DNA of 64,000 nucleotides, from the NCBI GenBank assembly GCA_963575745.1, contig CAUYUJ010000002.1, positions 1,488,001 to 1,552,000 on the forward strand, written 5' to 3'. Position 1 is the stretch's first letter. Every line of letters starts with the position of its first letter. The stretch is from Prorocentrum cordatum (taxonomy: Eukaryota). This document shows, piece by piece, positions 12,601 to 29,025 of this stretch. Made by a program: the position numbers and the translations under genes. The notes under the pieces are model-generated. The model made no database searches. It had not been told where the DNA came from and worked only from the letters and a program-made list of their open reading frames with translations.

Positions 12601-14569
12601 CTAGACATCTGTCTGGGCCACCTGGAGGCGTCTCGCTCGAGACATCCTCAAGACCTGGGCACGTGAAAACAAGCAATCCACTTGAGAGATCCTCAGAATT
12701 GAGGTCCCCAGGAGAGGACAACCTATAACACAAAACCAGCGTTTCGCTCGAGACATCCTCAACAAATCATGAAAAACAAGCGTTTCGCTAGGGACATCCT
12801 CAATGTTTAATTCGCCGGCCCTACGCGACCTCGTTATTTATCGCAAAAGAAATTCGCCGGCCCTACAGCCGTCAAAACCGGGGGGAAACCAACTAAAAGA
12901 GAACCCTGGGCTCAGGCCCTTTCCGGGAAAAAGGATCGGCGGATATGGCGTAAGCTTTTTAGAATCACACTCAGAAGCAGCCGAAGCGTCACCGTCACCA
13001 GGATCGTCACCAACATCCTGCGTAGCATCAACGTCCAACATCCTGCGTATCATCAACGCCATCGTCATCACCAACATCGTCACCATCGCCGCCCGTATCA
13101 GCATCGTCCTCGTCATCATCATCACCATCAGCATCATCATCACCACCATCATCGTCGTCAAAATCATCGTCAATCGTCATCGTCATCGTCGTCGTCGGTC
13201 GATCGATCGCAGTCATCATCACCATCATCGTCCATCCTCATTCCTCCATCCTCAACCCTCTCTCTCTCTCTCTCATCCCCTTCCTCTCTTCCCCTGCCTC
13301 GGTTTCCGCATCCTGCCAACACCCATCCCCTGCCCCTGGTCGCGGGAACCTCCGTGCCCCTCTGTGCCTGACACGATGCACCTTGTCCTCTTGCATTTTG
13401 CCCACTTAGTCCTCATCCAACGGCCATGACGACGACGACGCCAGCAGTGGCTGTCCTTGTGGATGCCATAACAATGGACACCCTAACAATGCTATCATTG
13501 AATCGAACATGTGTTTAAAACGTCGGAAACATGCTCCACATATGTTTAGTTCATGTTTTCACATGATTCCAATCCCCTTAAACATCTGGAAACTAATTGG
13601 CAACATGCTTCCGCTCCATTGATCGTCGTCCACAAGGCTGTCCTTGATGCTGTCCCTGCCCCACTCCGCCAGGTTGTCCATGTGGCCGAGCAACTCCTCG
13701 CGGGTGCGGCGACGCGGACGAGGCGGCACGAACGAAGAACCAGATCGACGACGACGACGACTAGGACGACCAATGACGGCCCATGAGGTCCGCTTGCGTA
13801 TGCTGTGTCATATAGAGAAGAACACAGGGAGGGCAAAGCCCCATGGTATCGTAAGCATTAGACTGGGTCGATTATGGTAAACACGACAACCCTGGAATCG
13901 TCCCGCAAATTCCCGCGAATGTCTCATCTCCAACATGGCCGACCCACAAACACGCGGAAAAGAAATTAGAAACGCAGGGCATGGCTACGTGTTTCGACAC
14001 ACCTGACTCGGCGACAAGCACTTGCAATGCTGTGCTGCGCCGTGCCGAAACGAGATGCAGCATGCCGCAATGAAGTGCTGTGTGCTCTATAGTGTTTGGA
14101 TCACCTCGCCCTTGACATCAAACTCATGGCCGAACTGATCTGGATATTAAGCTCGAAATGCCTGAACGCATAGCTGACCCAACACTGGTTGCAATCGAAA
14201 CGTGTGGGGCGCTCAATCAGCTCGAGCTTGAGCTCGAGCGGGACGAGTCGCCATGGGGCGCAGGGCGCATGGACGCGCCACGTGCCAGGGGCGCACTGGG
14301 GGATGCGCCGAGGGACGTGTCAGGGTACGTGGCAAGGGACGCGCCAGAACGGGCAGGGACAACTCCAGGGGACAAGCCAGGCAACGCGACAGAGGACGAG
14401 CCAAAGGACGCGCAAAGGAGGAAGGGGCATGCACCCTCCCGCTCTGGGGCGTTAGGAACCCATATGGTGTCAGGCTTGTCCCGCCCTGGTGCGTTAGGAA
14501 GCCACGTGTTTTCATATCCAAGGCCACCAAGGGACGACTATCCAACGTGCGGTCGTGAAAACAATAGGT

Positions 14570-15200
14570 TTCAGCTTGGGGCCACCATGTTAGATACCCC
14601 CCTGGGTGGCCTGGACACGTGAAACCACATGGTCCCAGCTCAGGGCCACAAGCTTAGATACCACCCTGGGTGGCCTGGACACGTGAAACCACGTGGTTCC
14701 AGCTCGGGGCCACAATGGTAAATACCTTTCTGGGTGGCCTGGGCACGTGAAAACCCGTGGCTCCAGCGCGGGACCACCATGTTAGATACATCAATGGGGA
14801 ATATATGGTAAATAACCAGCCGAAGAATGTGTCCCATGCTGTTACACATCTGGTGTCGATGTTGTGAGATTGTCGGGCTCTTGTGGCCCCCCACGCTGGG
14901 GGCTGCCAGACAACCGCATGTTCGCTGCCGACAACCAACTGCAGACAACCGCTCATGTGCCCCCCCCACGCTGGGGCCCGCACACGAAGTAACACGTGGT
15001 TTTCACCTCGGGGCAACCATGCTCGGTACCCCTCTGGGTAGCCTGGACAAGTGACGACACATGGTTCCAGCTCGGAGTCACCAGCTTAGATACCCCCCTG
15101 GGTGGCCCTCGACGCGCAAAAGCACGGGGTTCCATCTCGGGGCCACCACATTTGAGACCCGTCCGGGTAGCCTGGACAAATTGAAGCGCGTGGTTCCAGC
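14570..15200. repeat. ~60-bp tandem repeat (also ~1.03-1.16, 16.66-16.86, 21.4-21.65 kb)
   Basis: TTCCAGCTCGGG(A/G)CAACCATGTTAGATACCCCCTGGGTGGCCTGGACACGTGAAA units. Confidence 0.85.
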
Positions 15201-18200
15201 GAGGGGTAGCAGGCAACCATCTTAACATGATCGACCCACGAACCCGGAAAGGAATATAGAAATGTAAGACATGGCAACGTTTCAAAGACACCTGATTGGG
15301 CGACGGGCAAATGCAATGCTTAGTGTATCGACCTTGATGTACCGTGCCGAGGGCTGTGCTGTGCTGTGCCGTGCTGAATTGCGATGTGCCATGCCACGAG
15401 TGTGCTCTATAGCGTTGTGGATCGAGTCCTCCTTTGCATCCGAGTCCTGACCGAACTGATCTGGATCTTAAGCTCGAGCTGCCTAAGCAAATAACTAGTA
15501 GCTGCCCCAGAGCTGATTGACAAGGGAACATGCCAGGAGGACGCGCCGCAGAACGTCCCAAGGGACGCGCCAGGCGACGTGCCAGGGGACGTGCCATGGG
15601 GTCGCACCGCGGGACGTGCCAAGGGGACGCGCTACGGAATGTGCCAATGGACGTGCCACGGGACGTGCCAAGAGACGCACCAAGCGAGGTGTCAGGGGAC
15701 GTGCCACGGGGACGCACCGCGGGACGTGCCAAGGGGACGCGCTACGGAACGTGCCAATGGACGTGCCACGGGACGTGCCAGGGGACGCGCCGCGCGACGT
15801 GCCAGGGGGACTCGCCACAGGACGCGCCACGGAACGTGCCAAAGAACGTGCCAAGTTGCAATGCTGAATGAGTGTATCGATCTTGATGTAATGTGCCGCG
15901 GGCTGTGCTGTGCTGTGCCGTGCTGAACTGCGATGTGCCACGTGACGAGTTTGCTCTATAGCGTTGTGGATCGAGTCCTCCTTTGCATCCGAGTCCTAAC
16001 CGAACTGATCTGGATCTTAAGCTCGAGCTGCCTGAGCACGTAGTAGCTGCCCCAGAGCTAATTCACGGGGGGCATGCTAGGAAGACGCGCCGCCGAACGT
16101 CCCAAGGGACGCGCCAGGCGACGTGCCAGGGGACGTGCCATGGGGACGCACCGCGGGACGTGCCAAGGGGACGCGCTACGGAACGTGCCAATGCATTATG
16201 AACGTGCCACGGGACGTGCCAGGGGACGCGCCGCGCGACGTGCCAGGGGGACTCGCCACAGGACGCGCCACGGAACGTGCCAAAGAACGTGCCAAGTTGC
16301 AATGCTGAGTGAGTGTATCGATCTTGATGTAATGTGCCGCGGGCTGTGCTGTGCTGCGCCGTGCTGAACTGCGATGTGCCATGCCACGAGTGTGCTCTAT
16401 AGCGTTGTGGATCGAGTCCTCCGTTGCATCCGAGTCCTGACCGAACTGATCTGGATCTCAAGCTCGAGCTGCCTGAGCACATAGTCCACGAAGTAGCTGC
16501 CGCAGAGCTAATTGAGAAGGAATTGTGCCAGGAAGACGCGCCGCGGAACGTTCCAAGGGACGCGCCAGGCGACGTGCCAGGGGACGTGCCACGGGGACGC
16601 ACCGCGAGACGTGCCAAGGGGACGCGCTACAGAACGTGCTGGGGACAAGCGTCGTGTTGGTGGCCTGGACACGTAAAAACACGGTGCCAGCTCGGGACAA
16701 CCATGAGAGATACCCCCTGGGTGGCCTGGACACGTAAAACACGTGGTTCCAGCTCGGGACAATCATGTTAGAGATCTCCCTGGGTGGCCTGAGCATGAAA
16801 AAACACGTGGTTCCAGCTCGGGACAGCCATGTTAGATACCCCTCTGCGTGACTTGGATACGCTGAATTCGCGCTCCCGCTCGAGACATCCTCACAACGTC
16901 TTCCCTGGAGAGGCCCCCAAAGCGCACCCCCCTGTTCAGAGCAAGAAGCCATCACTTTTCCTCATAATTCGGCGTTGGGCCCGACGCCATGTTAGATACC
17001 CCAACTCTGCAAAACCAGCGTTTCGCTCGAGACGTCCTCAACAAATTCTGAAAAGCAAGCGTTTCGCTCGAGACATCCCCCAACTCTGCAAAACCAGCGT
17101 TTCGCTCGAGACATCCTCAACAAATTATGAAAAACAAGCGTTTCGCTCGAGACATCCTGTCAAAATCCCAAGAAATCTAAATTCCTGCGCGCGGGACGCG
17201 GCACGCGCGAGACATCCTCAGAATTCCTGCGCGAGGAGCGCTTTTCCGTGTCGCGGTCGGCTCTGCAAAACCAGCGTTTCGCTCGAGACATCCTCAACAA
17301 ATTCTGAAACCAAGCGTTTCGCTCGAGACATCCCCAACTCTGCAAAACCAGCATTTCGCTCGAGACATCCTCAACACATTCTGAAAAACAAGCGTTTCGC
17401 TCGGGACATCCTCAAAAATAATTCCGCCGGCCCTACTCCCGCACGTAATTTATCGCAGAATAATTTCGCCGGCCCAAGTCGCAGGGGGGCCAGGGGGTTA
17501 ACCTACTAAAAGAGAACCCTGGGCCCGCGCCCTTTCCGGGAACATGGTCGACCCACGAACCCGGAAAGGAATATAGAAATGTAACGCATGGCAGCGTTTT
17601 TCAAAGACACTTGATTGGGTGACGGGCAAGTGCAATGCTGATTGTATCGATCTTGATGTACCGTGCCGAGGGCTGTGCTGTGCTGCACCGTGCTGAATTG
17701 CGATGTGCCATGCCGCGGTTGTGCTCTATAGCGTCGTGGATCGAGTCTTCCTTTGCATCCGAGTCCTGACCGAGCTGATCTGGATCTGAAGCTCGAGCTG
17801 CCTGAACACATAGTAGCTGCCCCAGAGCTAATGGACAGGGGAACATGCCAGGAGGACGCGCCGCGAAACGTCCCAAGGGATGCGCCAGGCGACGTGCCAG
17901 GGGACGTGCCATGGGGTCGCACCGCGGGACGTGCCAAGGGGACGCGCTACGAAACGTGCCAATGGATGTGCCACGGGATGTGCCAGGGGACGCGCCACGC
18001 GACGTGCCAGGGGGACTCGCCAAAGGACGGCACACGGAACGTGCCAAGGAACGTGCCAAGTTGCAATGCTGAATGTATCGACCTTGATGTACCGTGCCAA
18101 AATCAGTGCTGTGCTGCGCCGTGCTGAATTGCGATGTGCCATGGCGCGATTGTGCTCTATAGCCTCGTGGATCGAGTTCTCCTTTGCATCCGAGTCCTGA

Positions 18201-19194
18201 CCGAACTGATCTGGATCTTAAGCTCGAGCTGCCTGAACACATAGTAGCTGCCCCAGAGCTAATGGACAGGGGAACATGCCAGGAGGACGCGACGCAGAAC
18301 GTCTCAAGGGACGCGCCAAGCGACGTGCCAAGGGACGTGCCATGGGGACGCACCGCGGGACGTGCCAAGGGGACGCGCTACGGAACGTGCTGGGGACAAG
18401 CGTTTCGCTCGAGACATCCTGTCAAAATCATCTGAATTCCTGCGCGCGGGACGCTGCACGCGCGAGACATCCTCGGAATTCCTGCGAGCGGGACGTGAAA
18501 ACAAGCATTTCGCCTGAGAAATCCTTTGAATTCTGGCCCCCCACAAGGCCACCGCTCGAGACATCCTCCAATTTTGCAAAACCAGCGTTTCGCTCGAGAC
18601 ATCCTCAACAAAGTATGAAAAACAAGCGTTTCGCTCGAGACATCCGGTCAAAATCCCAAGAAATCCAAATACCCGCGCGCGGGACGCGGCACGCGCGAGA
18701 CATCCTCAGAATTCCTGCGCGAGGGGCGCTTTTCCGTGTCGCGGTCGGCTCTGCAAAACCAGCGTGTCGCTCGAGACATCCTCAACAAATTCTGTTACCA
18801 AGCGTTTCGCTCGAGACATCCCCAACTCTGCAAAACCAGCGTCTCGCTCGAGACATCCTCAACAAATTCTGAAAAACAAGCGTTTCGCTCGAGACATCCT
18901 CAAAAATAATTTCGCCGGCCCACCTCCCGCACGTAATTTATCGCAGAATAATTTCGCCGGCCCACCTCCCGTCGAAACCGGGGGGTAAACCAACTAAAAG
19001 AGAACCCTGGGCCTTTGCCCTTTCCGGGAAAAACGGAACGAAGTGCAGACGCGCGCGTCGTCGCGCGCGCATGCCGAAATCCTTCAAAACCCATCGGTTT
19101 TGGAAGGATTTCAAAATCGTGCGTCCCAAAAACCTACAAAATCAAAAGGGCTCGCAGCACGGATTTTCAACAAAAGCGTGCGCGCGCGTTCTTG

Positions 19195-19730
19195 CGTCGT
19201 CGTCCTCGTCGTCGCCGTCCTCCCTCCTCCCGCGTCGTCGTCGTCGTCGTCGCCTACGTCGTCCTCTGTCTTTCCTCGTGTTCGTCGTCGTCGTCCTCTT
19301 TGGCGTCGTGGTCGTTTCCGTCGTCGTTGTCGCCGTTGTCGTCCTTCCTCCTGGTCCCTCGTCGTCGTCGTCCGTCGTCGGCGTCTCGTCGTCGTCCCTC
19401 CTATTTCGTCGCCGTCGTCGTCGTCGTCGTTGTCGTCGTCGTCGTTGTCGTCGTCGTCGTCGTCGTCTTCTCTCCTTCCTCGTCGTCGTCGTCGGCGTCG
19501 CCGTCCATCCTCCTTTTTCGTCGTTCGTGTCGTCGCCGTCCTCCCTCCTCCCTCGTCGTTGTCGTCGTTGTCGTCGTTGTCGCCGTCGTCGTCCTCCCTC
19601 CTCCCTCGTCGTCTTCTTCGTTGGCAACGTCGTCGTCGTCGGCGTCGGCGTCGGCGTCGTCGTCGTCGAAGTCGTCGGAGACGTCGTCGGTGTCGTCGTA
19701 GTCGTTGTCGTCGGTGTCGTCGTAGTCGGT
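19195..19730. repeat. (TCG)n microsatellite
   Basis: Degenerate GTC/TCG tract. Confidence 0.95.
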
Positions 19731-21847
19731 CTTAAAGGTTTGCAAACCAAGTTGCGGGCGGGCGGGTGAGATGTTTGCAAGAGCGTGGGATATGTCAAAT
19801 CATGAGTAAAAATCAGTTGCGCAACAGAGATCACACCAAATATTGCATCACGCAGACTGCACACCATTGACTGGGCAACATATATCGCACCACGTAGGTT
19901 ACACGGGACAGATGGCACAACGCATCAGATGCACCGAGTATGTTGCACAACGTCGAACGCACCACATAGGTTCCCCTTTTTGAAGGAGCACCGGGGGTCA
20001 ACGGGGCATTTTTCTGCATTGCGATCTAAACATGTTCCTGCCTCATCGCCCACCCGAATTATGAATTCATATCACCCCAGCCAGGCCAGCATCGCCCCCC
20101 CCTCCTCTGCAACATGCCAGGAGGACGCGCCGCGAAACGTCCCCAGGGACGCGCCAGGCGACGTGCCAAGGGACGTGCCATGGGGTCGCACCGTAGGCCG
20201 TGCCAAGGGGACGCGCTACGGGACATCCTCAAAATTCCTGCGCGCGGGACGTGGCACGCGCGAGACATCTTCCGAATTCCTGCGAGCGGGACGTGAAAAC
20301 AAGCATTTCGCCTGAGACATCCTCTGAATTCTGGCCCCCCACGAGGCCCCCGCTCGAGACATCCCCAAGTTTGCAGAAACCAGCGTTTCGCTCGAGACAT
20401 CCTCAACAAATTATGAAAAACAAGCGTTTCGCTCGAGACATCCGGTCAAAATTCTAAGAAATCCTGACAAAACAAACGAATTAGTCGAGACATCCTCGAA
20501 ATTCCTGCGCGCGGGACGCGGCCCGCGCGAGACATCCTTGGAATTCCCGCGAGCGGGACACGAAAACAAGCATTTCGCCTGAGACATCCTCTGAATTCTG
20601 GCCCCCCGCTCGAGACATCTCCAAATTTTGCGAAAACCAGCGTTTCGCTCGAGACATCCTCCACAAACTATGTAAAATAAGCGTTTCGCTCGAGACATCC
20701 TGCCAAAGTTCTAAGAAATCCTGACAAAACAAGCGAATTAGTCGAGACATCCTCGAAATTCCTGCGCGCGGGACGCGGCACGCGCGAGACATCCTCGGAA
20801 TTCCTGCGCGCGGGGCGCTTTTCCGAGTCGCGGTCGGGGCTCCAGACCCCGTTATTTTTCGAGGATTCTGCGAAAAACGCTCCGCACCCTCTTTTTTACG
20901 AGGGAAAGCGGGGGTCTGCGGACCCCGTTATTTATCGAGGATCCGAGATGGGGGGCGAACTTTCCTCGAGCGGGCACGCACAAAACGCACTTTTTCTAAA
21001 AAAATCAGCACTTTACCTCGTTATTTATCGCAAATAATTTCGCCGGCGCTTGACCCGTCAGATCCGGGGGTAAACGGCTAAAAGAGAACCCTGGGCCCGC
21101 GCCCTTTCCGGGAAAAAAAACCCTGGGTGGCCTGGACGTGTAAAAAACATGATCGACCCATGAACCTGAAAAAGAATATAGAAATGTAGGACATGGCAAC
21201 GTTTCAAAAACACCTGATTGGGCGACGGGCAAATGCAATGCTGAATGTATCGATCTTGATGTACCGTACCGAGGGCTGTGCTGTGCTGCGCCAATCTGAA
21301 TTGCGACGTACCGTGCCGCGATTGTGCTCTATAGCGTTGTGGCTCGAGTCCTCATTTGCATCCGAGTCCTGACCGAACTGATCTGGATCTTAAACTCGGG
21401 ACAACCATGTTAAACACCTTCCTGGGTGGCCTGGACACGTAAAAGCACGTGGTGCCAGCTCGGGACAACCATGTTAGATACACCCCTGAGTGGCCTGGAC
21501 ACGTTAAAACACATGATCCTTGCTCGGGACAGTCATGTTGGATACCCCCCTTGGTTGGCAGGACATATAGAAACACATCGTTCCAGCTCGGGACAACCAT
21601 GTTAGATACCCCCCTGCGTGGCCTGGATACGCTGAATTTGCGCTCCCGCTCGAGACATCCTCGCATTGTCTTCCCTGGAGAGGCCCCCAAAGCGCTACCC
21701 CCTTTCCTGAGCAAGAAAACATCACTGGGATATGTGTTCGGGTAGCGCTTTTCGACCCCACGTGCGTTTTCTGATAATTCGGCGTTGGGCCCGACGCCAT
21801 GTTGGATATCCCCCCTAGGCGGCCTGGACACGTAAAAACACGTGGTT

Positions 21848-22928
21848 CCGACGACGACAAAGACGACGACGACGACGACGACGGACGACGACGACGACGA
21901 CGGCGGCGGCGACGACGACGACGACGACGCGATGATGACGACGACGACGCACTGCGGATGCCCCATGGGGTGGGGGGGGGTGCTGCGCAGGCCCGCTGTA
22001 CTCGTCGACGACAACGACGACGAAGACGACGACACCGACGACGATGACGACGACGACAAGGACGACGGAGAAGAAGTCGACGACGACGACGACGACGACG
22101 ACGAGGACGACGACGACGACGACGCCGACGCCGACGACGACGACGACGACGGCGGCGACGAGGGCGACGACGACGCCTGAGAGGGCGAAAAATGCGCCTC
22201 AAAGTGTACGACCCCTGCAACAACTTCTATACGAAAGGCAATAGTTTTGAGGCTGTCATGCAAGGGGGGTACACGATCCCCTCGGCGGCGCCAGCGACGC
22301 GCGTGATTAGAAAAATGTTTCGCGCCCCGCGGGGTGTACTCATCAGCCCCGGGGGGGGGTCATTTGTTAATCACACGCTGACATTAGTCGTGATGTTCTG
22401 GCGCGAGATCCTAAGGCGAGGAATCAAGAGGCGGGATCCAGATACCGAAGTACTGATCCCTGCTGCCACGAAGCTGTGTGGCAAACGTCTGCGCTCACCC
22501 GCTTGATATGAGAAGAGAGTGGTGCCCCGAACAAACTTCCTCAGGCCATGTTGCAACTGTCTGCGCTCATCAGCTTGGTATGTGACTAACGTGGTGCCAT
22601 TTGCTTCCTCATCGTCCTTTCTTCCTTCCTTCCTTCCTTCCTTCCTTCCTCCCTCCCTCCCTCCCTCCCTGCTCCTCCTCCTCCTCCTCCTCCTCCTCCT
22701 CCTCCTCCTCCTCCTACTCAAGCGCTGCCGCAGGATGGTGCTCCTCCCACGTCATGACACCAGGGGTGGAGTCCGGCTTGACAAAGGCTGGGCGCGGAGG
22801 AGACGGGTGGGGACAGAGCTGGCGGGGAGGCAGGGGAGGGGCGCGGGAGAGGGGGGCAGCGGGAGGTCTGGGGGAGGGCGAGGGACGGTGGAGGATGAGG
22901 AGAAAGACGACGGCGACGATGACGAAGA

Positions 22929-22990
<62 letters not shown>

Positions 22991-23045
22991 GGGATTAGGG
23001 AGGAGGGGAACGACGACGACGACGACGATAACGACGACGACGACC

Positions 23046-23082
<37 letters not shown>

Positions 23083-23125
23083 CGTAGGCGATGACGACGA
23101 CGGCAACGACGACGCTCGGGATGAC
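21848..23125. repeat. (GAC)n microsatellite blocks with intervening (CCT)n/(CTTC)n
   Basis: GAC tracts at about 21848-21948, 22005-22175 and 22906-23125. Confidence 0.9.
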
Positions 23126-23267
23126 GATGGGGGCCAGGGGTGGGAAAGTGTGGCAGATATTGGAGGGAGGAAGGGAGGAGCGGGGCAGGGACAGACAGAG
23201 AGAAGGGAGAGAAGAGTGAGAAATGGGGCGGGGAAAGAGAGGTGGAGTTGGAGACGTCGGAGGAAGA

Positions 23268-23465
23268 GGATGGACTGCAGGACGAACATGAGGATTAGAA
23301 GGAAGAACGGAGAGGGTGGACGGAGAACATGGATGAACATGAGGATGAACATGAGGATGAACAAGAGGATGAACATGCAGGATGAACAAGAGGATGAACT
23401 GCAGGATGAACATGAGGATGAACAAGAGGATGGACTGCAGGATGGACATGCAGATGAGGATGAGG
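23268..23465. repeat. 12-bp tandem repeat
   Basis: (GAGGATGAACAT)n variants. Confidence 0.85.
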
Positions 23466-24193
23466 AGGACGGAGAAGGAAGGATATGTGCTTCGAGCCCA
23501 ACACAAACTTAGATATTACCCCAACCCTGGAATGTGACCAAACTAAATCGTGACCCTGACTCATCCTTAAGCTGCGTAATAACTAAACTGTAGTCTGTTC
23601 CATTCACCATAATCTAAGACGCGAATCCTCACCCGAACACCAATCCGAAACACAATGACTACTCCAATACTGACACGCAGAATAAGGACTTGCTGTTGCG
23701 GCTACTACCGGCGCTGATAGTTCTCCTACTGGAAGTGTCACTGCGGTCGACGAGAGCGGTGATGATGCTCATCGTGCCGCTGCTGGCACTCTCGATTATG
23801 GTGCGGGTGGCGATGGTGCGATTGTGAATGAGGCTTCTAGAACTTTAGTCTTCGGGCACCTGAAAGCCCAAGATCGCCCGTCAGTCCGCACAGACTGGCC
23901 CAAGGCGGCCAAAGAGGCCCCCATGACGCCGATGTATAGGCCCTCGAAGAGGTTCGAGGGGAGGCGGACGGTTAGGATTCAAGGATCGAGGTTCGACGCC
24001 ACGATTTGGAAAACGTTTGGCCGCTTCTGGGGCCCGAGGTGTCGGGGACGTGTGGAAGCGTCCGAAGCCTTGCCTGCCAGAGCTCGAAACAATCGAGACG
24101 GCCACCTCTCGGGGGAACGCTAAGGGGGGGGGGGCAGCAGAAGAAAAGGGGTCAGAGGAAGATCGTTCTGGACGGCGCCTGGGAGAAGAGAAC

Positions 24194-27003
<2,810 letters not shown>

Positions 27004-27013
27004 CATGTAACGC

Positions 27014-27089
27014 TTGTGATGCCCACGCGCCCCTTTGTAGATAGAATCCAGGAAAACAGCGCGATAGGCAAAACATAGAAAAACATAGG
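27014..27089 (+). repeat. Left terminal inverted repeat
   Basis: TTGTGATGCCCACGCGCCCCTTTGTAGATAGAATCCAGGAAAACAGCGCGATAGGCAAAACATAGAAAAA matches the reverse complement of 50852-50927 with about 2 substitutions and 1 indel. Confidence 0.92.
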
Positions 27090-27730
27090 TTTCCGCGGAG
27101 GTTGAACATAGAAGCCAGTTTTGGTTTTCATTTAGGCGAACGCGGCTTTCTAGTCGCAGCGCCGCCCGCGGTCCGAACGCCGCCAGCTCTTTAGAACGCC
27201 ATAGCTGAAGATTGTGTTTCTTCCAAAGGCAGTCTAACCCTTTGGAAAAATGCTTTCGGCGCTCTAATGCGCCGCCCTGGGTTTGAACAAAGCGTGCCCG
27301 CGCTCTCTTTGCAGTTCCTAAATGGCCCGAAATGGCGCCACGAAGACCCAAGATGGCCCAATCTGGCTTCACCGTGGCGCAAGACATGTAAGCGCGGCTC
27401 ATTAATCGCCCGCAACGGGCTGGAGTGAAGAACACGAGCGGCACCAAGACGGCCCCAGAGTTGCCGCGGGCCGCCAAGGACGCCCCCGAGAAGCCAAGTC
27501 TCATTCCAAGCTGAAATAAACAAAGGGGCCGAAGCCACAAGACGGCCTCCAAAAGACTGCCAAAGACGGCCACCAAGACGACCCAGCGCGCCCACCAAAG
27601 GATCGCAACACGACCCCGAGAAGTTGCCCAGACGGCCGAGGCGCACCCAGGACCCATCGAGATAGTCTTGAATGGACCTTGACGTCCCAACAAGGGCAGC
27701 AAAGGACAGGCGGAAGGCGCAATAGCGAAT

Positions 27731-28402
27731 CCCACCAGCCCTTTGGGCGACGGTGGTCTAACGAGATTCCTCTTCCCTCTGCCAACAACTCATCGTCCCC
27801 TATGGGGAAGGGTCTACCCCTCCCCCGACCCCCTCCCCTGGACCTGGACGGGGGGATGGTAGCGGGTGGTTGGAGCGCCCTGTTTTCTGACAGTGGGGAG
27901 CTTATTGTTTGACACCGCTCACAGGGATCGCGGCCTCCGAGGGAGGGGGCGCGATCGGGACGTCCCCTCTTTTCACCGACCGCTTCCAAGATGGCCCCCA
28001 AGAGGCCCTCCAAGGCCCCCAAGAAGCTCCCAAGAGCGTTCCAAGACCGCCCCAAGAGGCACCAATATTGCCCCAGGACGGCCCCAGAGGCCCCCAAGAC
28101 GACCCAAAGGGGGTCCACATACGGCTCAAATGGCTTCCAATACGCCCAAGATGGCCTCCAAGAGCGCCAAGATGGCCCCAAGAGAACCCCTGATGGCCCC
28201 ACGATGCCTCCAAGGCGGCCCAAGATGCACCCAAGACGGCCCAATATAGCCTCAGGATGGCCCAAGAGACGACCCCAAGGGGCCTCCAAGACGGACGTTG
28301 TTTATGATTGAATTGCTTGCTGCTACACTTCCCTCATCAAGACAACGTGACCTGGCGGCTGTCTTGGGATGGGCTGGTGGGGATACGCGAAGCGTGAAGA
28401 CT
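27731..28402 (+). mobile_element. Non-autonomous Helentron/DINE-like element, family 1
   Basis: 5' CCCACCAGCCC, 3' GGGCTGGTGGG followed by hairpin ACGC-GAA-GCGT; internal GGCCCAAGA repeats; colinear homolog at 49599-50273. Confidence 0.65.
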
Positions 28403-29025
28403 ATAATGTGAACTTTGGGCACATCGCGAAGCTGAAGATGCGGGGGGGGAGGACTACGAGGATCATAATAACGAAGATGAGGATAAGGACAAGGGCCAAG
28501 GGAGAGGAAACAATCAGGAGAGGACCCTGCGCGGCGAACATACGAGGAAGGAAACTCCTGAACCAACCAACGACGGCGGTGGCGGCGGCGGCAACGACGA
28601 CGACGACGAGCTCCCCTTTTTGAGCTTGCGACGCTCTGGGACAGCCCGAGGGCCCCCCAAGACCATACCAGCACGACCCAAGAGAGCGCCCTAAGACGGC
28701 CCAAGAGTGCCCAAGAGAGTCACACGCCAGACGGCCCAAGACGGCCCAAGAGGGTTCCAAGGCGGCCCAAAGAGGGGCCCATGAAGAGGACCGCGAACCA
28801 AACATACGAGCCTTCCGCCCCAATAGGCAACCAGGAAGCCCCAAGATGCCCCGAAGAGCCCCCAAGACACCCCGAAGCCCCCCCCCAACAAACCCCAAGA
28901 GACTCCCCAAGAAGCCTCTTGGTCCAAGAGCCCACCCAGGCCATCAAGCTTGTGACGATGTTTTCGTTTTTTGTTTTCAAGGCTCCAGCTGCGGCCCAGC
29001 TGTCTCGGCAATCGCCGTCGTTCGT

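Larger units (their letters stand above)
1587..21400 (-). mobile_element. Cluster of head-to-tail non-autonomous elements (family 2) with asymmetric subterminal inverted repeats and satellite cargo
   Basis: End motif CATGATCGACCCACGAACCCGGAAAGG at 1749, 3382, 5144, 6314, 9884, 11718, 15226, 17543, 21148; opposite end AAAGAGAACCCTGGGCC..CCTTTCCGGGAA near 1615, 5140, 7796, 11368, 11423, 12927, 17540, 19028, 21112. Confidence 0.7.

Noticed and set aside
132..21800. Many 60-320 aa ORFs on both strands
   Set aside because: They are translations of GC-rich tandem repeats, open in several frames at once
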